Shown: in pieces, positions 60,968 to 64,000 of the stretch
Numbering within the stretch: the stretch's first letter is position 1
Layout of the letters: every line of letters starts with the position of its first letter
NCBI GenBank assembly: GCA_026023565.1
Contig: JAPETS010000056.1
Span: 62,001 to 126,000 of the forward strand
Origin: Cirrosporium novae-zelandiae
Lineage: Eukaryota
Direction: 5' to 3'
Length of the DNA: 64,000 bases
The notes under the pieces: model-generated
What the model was told of the DNA's origin: nothing
Seen by the model: only the letters and a program-made list of their open reading frames with translations
Databases searched by the model: none
Program-made: the position numbers and the translations under genes

Positions 60968-63184
60968 ATGGCGCCCCTTCTTCCATTTCGCGATATCAAC
61001 GTCCACGCCTCTACCACCCACTATGCCTTTACTTCACCTTCTTCACCTCAATTCCCAACTTTAGTGGTAGAAAGACCTTCGGGAGATATTAGACTAAACG
61101 ATGGTATACTTCTGGGTGGAAAACGAGTTTCCAGTATCGCTGGAATACTCGGTATCATAAAGCTGAAGCTAGGTTCGCATGCCGCAATGTACACCCCTCC
61201 AACACTAAGATATTAATATATCTTGCTAGACAAGTACATCATCGTCATCACCAAAGCACAGCCTATGGGTCGACTGAAAGGACATATGGTTTACAAAGTC
61301 ATCGCGACTGAATTCCTTCCTCTCCGCGAACGGTCCCTTCACGATCCCGATGAGGATGCCTACCTTGGCCTCCTTAAGAATTTAATCAAGAATGGTCCCC
61401 TCTACTTTTCTTATTCCTTCGACGTCACCAATAGCTTTCAACGACAAGCGCATGCTGATCTCACAGCCCCTCTTTGGAAGAGAGCTGATGATCGTTTCTT
61501 CTGGAATCGCTTCATACAAACAGACCTAATAGATTTTCGGACCGGAGGGAGCAGAAATGGCGGTAGCCAGCAGCCTGGCGCAGACCCTTACATCTTACCA
61601 ATCATGTATGGCATGTTCGAGATCAAGAAAACGAAAATAAAGCAGACTCCATTTTTGTTCGCATTAATCACAAGGAGATCTAGACATCGTGGTGGTACGC
61701 GATACTTTTCACGAGGTATTGATGAGAACGGGAATGTCTCAAATTACAACGAAACCGAGCAACTCGTAATTCTCAACGACAACGGCGCAGGCTTAGGGGG
61801 ATTTGGGGCAATGCCAAATGGAAGGACGGCATCGCGCGAGGGCCAAGAGGTTCAAGTTCTGTCATATGTTCAAACCCGAGGCAGTGTTCCAGTATTTTTC
61901 GCAGAGATCAACGATTTGAACTACAGACCTAGACTTGAAGTCCGAGGAGTTGATACGGCTGCAAATGCTGCCCGCAAGCACTTTGAAGAGCAGATTAGCC
62001 TCTACGGGGAGAACTATTTGGTGAATCTAGTGAACCAGAAAGGGAGAGAAGAGCGGGTAAAGAACGCTTATGAGCAGATGGTTCGGCTTTTGATGACTTC
62101 CCCTCAAGAATCGACTGAAGCAGATTCCATGTCGAGGGAGAAGCTCCATGTTGTTCAGCCTGGCGGAAACCCCCAGAAACCGTTGGATCATCTACACTAT
62201 GTATATTTCGACTTTCATAACGAAACCAAAGGCCTAAAGTGGCACCGTACCGATCTTCTTCTCGACCAGCTAATGAGTGGACTCAATAAGGGTGGATATT
62301 TCCGTGCTGTAGATATGCCGGGCGATACTCAAGGACAGATGGATGTCAAAAAGGTGCAGACATGCGTCGTCCGCACCAACTGCATGGACTGCTTGGATCG
62401 CACAAATGTTGTGCAAAGTATGCTTGCGCGCTGGGCCTTGAACCGACAACTCCTTGACCTTGGTATTTTACAGCCAGGCGAATCTGCCACGGATGACGTT
62501 ACTTTTGATTTCACCTACCGTAATATTTGGGCCGATAATGCCGATGTAGTCGCAAAATCGTATACAGGCACCGGCGCCTTAAAAACGGACTTTACTCGCA
62601 CCGGGAAGCGGACTCGGGCCGGTATGCTACAAGATCTTAACAACTCAATAACTCGATATTTGATGAACAACTTTTCAGATGGCCCTAGACAAGATGCATT
62701 CGATCTTCTTCTCGGCACCTATCTTCCCTCGTCTTCTCCTTTCCCTAACGTTCCGCTTTTTGCTGATCGCAGGCCCACCATGGTTCAAGCAATTCCATAT
62801 ATTTTCTTCGCAAGCATTTTCATGATTTTAGTTGCCACATTCACTCGGCGTCTTCCTGATGCAACTGTTTGGCCTCTTCGCCTGTTTGTCATCTTCTGGT
62901 TCGTGGTCGGGGGTTGGTGTACACAATTCATGCTTTCGAATGGCATGCTCTACGTAAGTGGCTCTTTTTTCCTAATACGGAATCTTCTTGCACATAGACT
63001 TACAATTCATTAGGTAAACTGGCCCAAGCTCAACACGCCCCCATGGGCAAGTGAAGGTTTCCATGAAGCCCTTTCCAACGTCCGCAGGGACAAGGTCCTT
63101 GGACCCTTGATTAATGGACACGAGCGTGGGGTAAGCACCAGCAAACTAAGTCATCTAGAAGAAGGAAAAAAGAGGATTGAGTGA
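60968..63184 (+). CDS. SAC1: Phosphoinositide phosphatase Sac1, two introns
   Basis: RFFWN, GTRYFSRGID, NYNETEQ, QTRGSVP, catalytic RTNCMDCLDRTN, WADNAD..S..YTGTGALKTD, two C-terminal TM helices, last exon VNWPKL...KKRIE*. Confidence 0.96.
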
Positions 63185-63798
63185 TTAGAACCCTCGGTGT
63201 TAGGGGTTCTTGGAGGTTAGAGGCATGTGGGAAAGGCATTTCATTTTATGGGAACCGCGATGGGGGGCAGTTTATAGAGCTCATTCCGGGAAACAATTTT
63301 ATTTCAAGGTACTATGGTGTAATACATTCGAAATTGGTCACTTCACTTTATGTATTTCTTTCGATTGAATCGGTATAGCATGGATGAGTTTCGGCTGGGG
63401 GATACTGCTCACTTCAGGTAGCAGCTTTGACAGACAGTATAATTACCCAACCATCAGATCAAATTAAAATCGAGATAACATTTCGATAAGACTTGAAGTA
63501 AAATGATAACTCTAATAGACACACTTTGTAGCTATTTAGATGGTTCTATATTCAAAAACTTCGTTTTAGGCTTACATAATCATATACTATGGTATACTAT
63601 GGTACATGGACAACTAATGTATGTGATGAATATGACAAAGGTGGTTGATAAATTTATTTCATTTCTATTTTCTAAATCTATATATCTATGACGCTTGAGC
63701 ACAATAACCCTTAGGTAATTAAGGTAATTAAGGGTGGTGTTGAACCATTAAGATGTCCAAGAATAAGTCAATCTTTCGATATGGGTAATATCCATCTT

Positions 63799-64000
63799 TT
63801 AATTCTTAAGTGCTCCTTCCTTCTGGCTTTCCAAAACCTCCATCAGCCCTCCCACCAAATGCAGACTCCCCGTTGCAAGCACCCACGTATCACCATTTTT
63901 CACCTTCTCTTTTTTAGCAATATTTCTCGCCTCCTTAACAGCCTCCTCAATGCTACCGCAAACTCTAACATCAGTCCCCTCACCATTAATTTCCTTCCAT
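63799..64000 (-). CDS. Folylpolyglutamate synthase, C-terminal end (rest outside window; missed by the ORF track)
   Basis: Minus-strand translation ...SIEEAV...VLATGSLHLVGGLMEVLE...KN*, containing the FPGS C-terminal TGSLHLVG motif. Confidence 0.85.
   Translation of the reverse strand, partial: WKEINGEGTDVRVCGSIEEAVKEARNIAKKEKVKNGDTWVLATGSLHLVGGLMEVLESQKEGALKN

Overview
Gene-dense, intron-containing genomic DNA from a filamentous ascomycete (GT-AG introns of about 45-65 nt with CTRAC/CTAAT branch points). About 22 apparently intact genes, mostly housekeeping: LYS12 (partial), PRP28, STE6-like ABCB exporter, PBDC1-like, RTC5, N-myristoyltransferase, DHA2 MFS, IZH3-like PAQR, TRM140, HAK K+ transporter, ABHD12-like hydrolase, aldo-keto reductase, Xaa-Pro peptidase, NAD(P)-binding protein, 13-intron ProRS, MTC4-like, MIC60, Rab5/Ypt52, SAC1 and FPGS (partial). 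The accessory part (about 22-43 kb) is more unusual. It holds a head-to-head pair of a Goodbye/DUF7708-type NACHT (NLR-like) gene and a Rad5/16-like SNF2 ATPase gene, both pseudogenised; a HeLo/SesA-like N-terminal-domain protein; a TA-targeting foldback MITE family (two full copies and one fragment, one inside a HAK intron); and a single-pass membrane protein carrying a dibasic-flanked, two-cysteine 22-aa peptide. A TACCTAGGTA-type palindrome recurs in intergenic DNA, mostly between divergent genes. No tRNA, rRNA, snRNA or CRISPR was recognised. Gene models were spliced by eye and family assignments come from motif recognition, not database searches.
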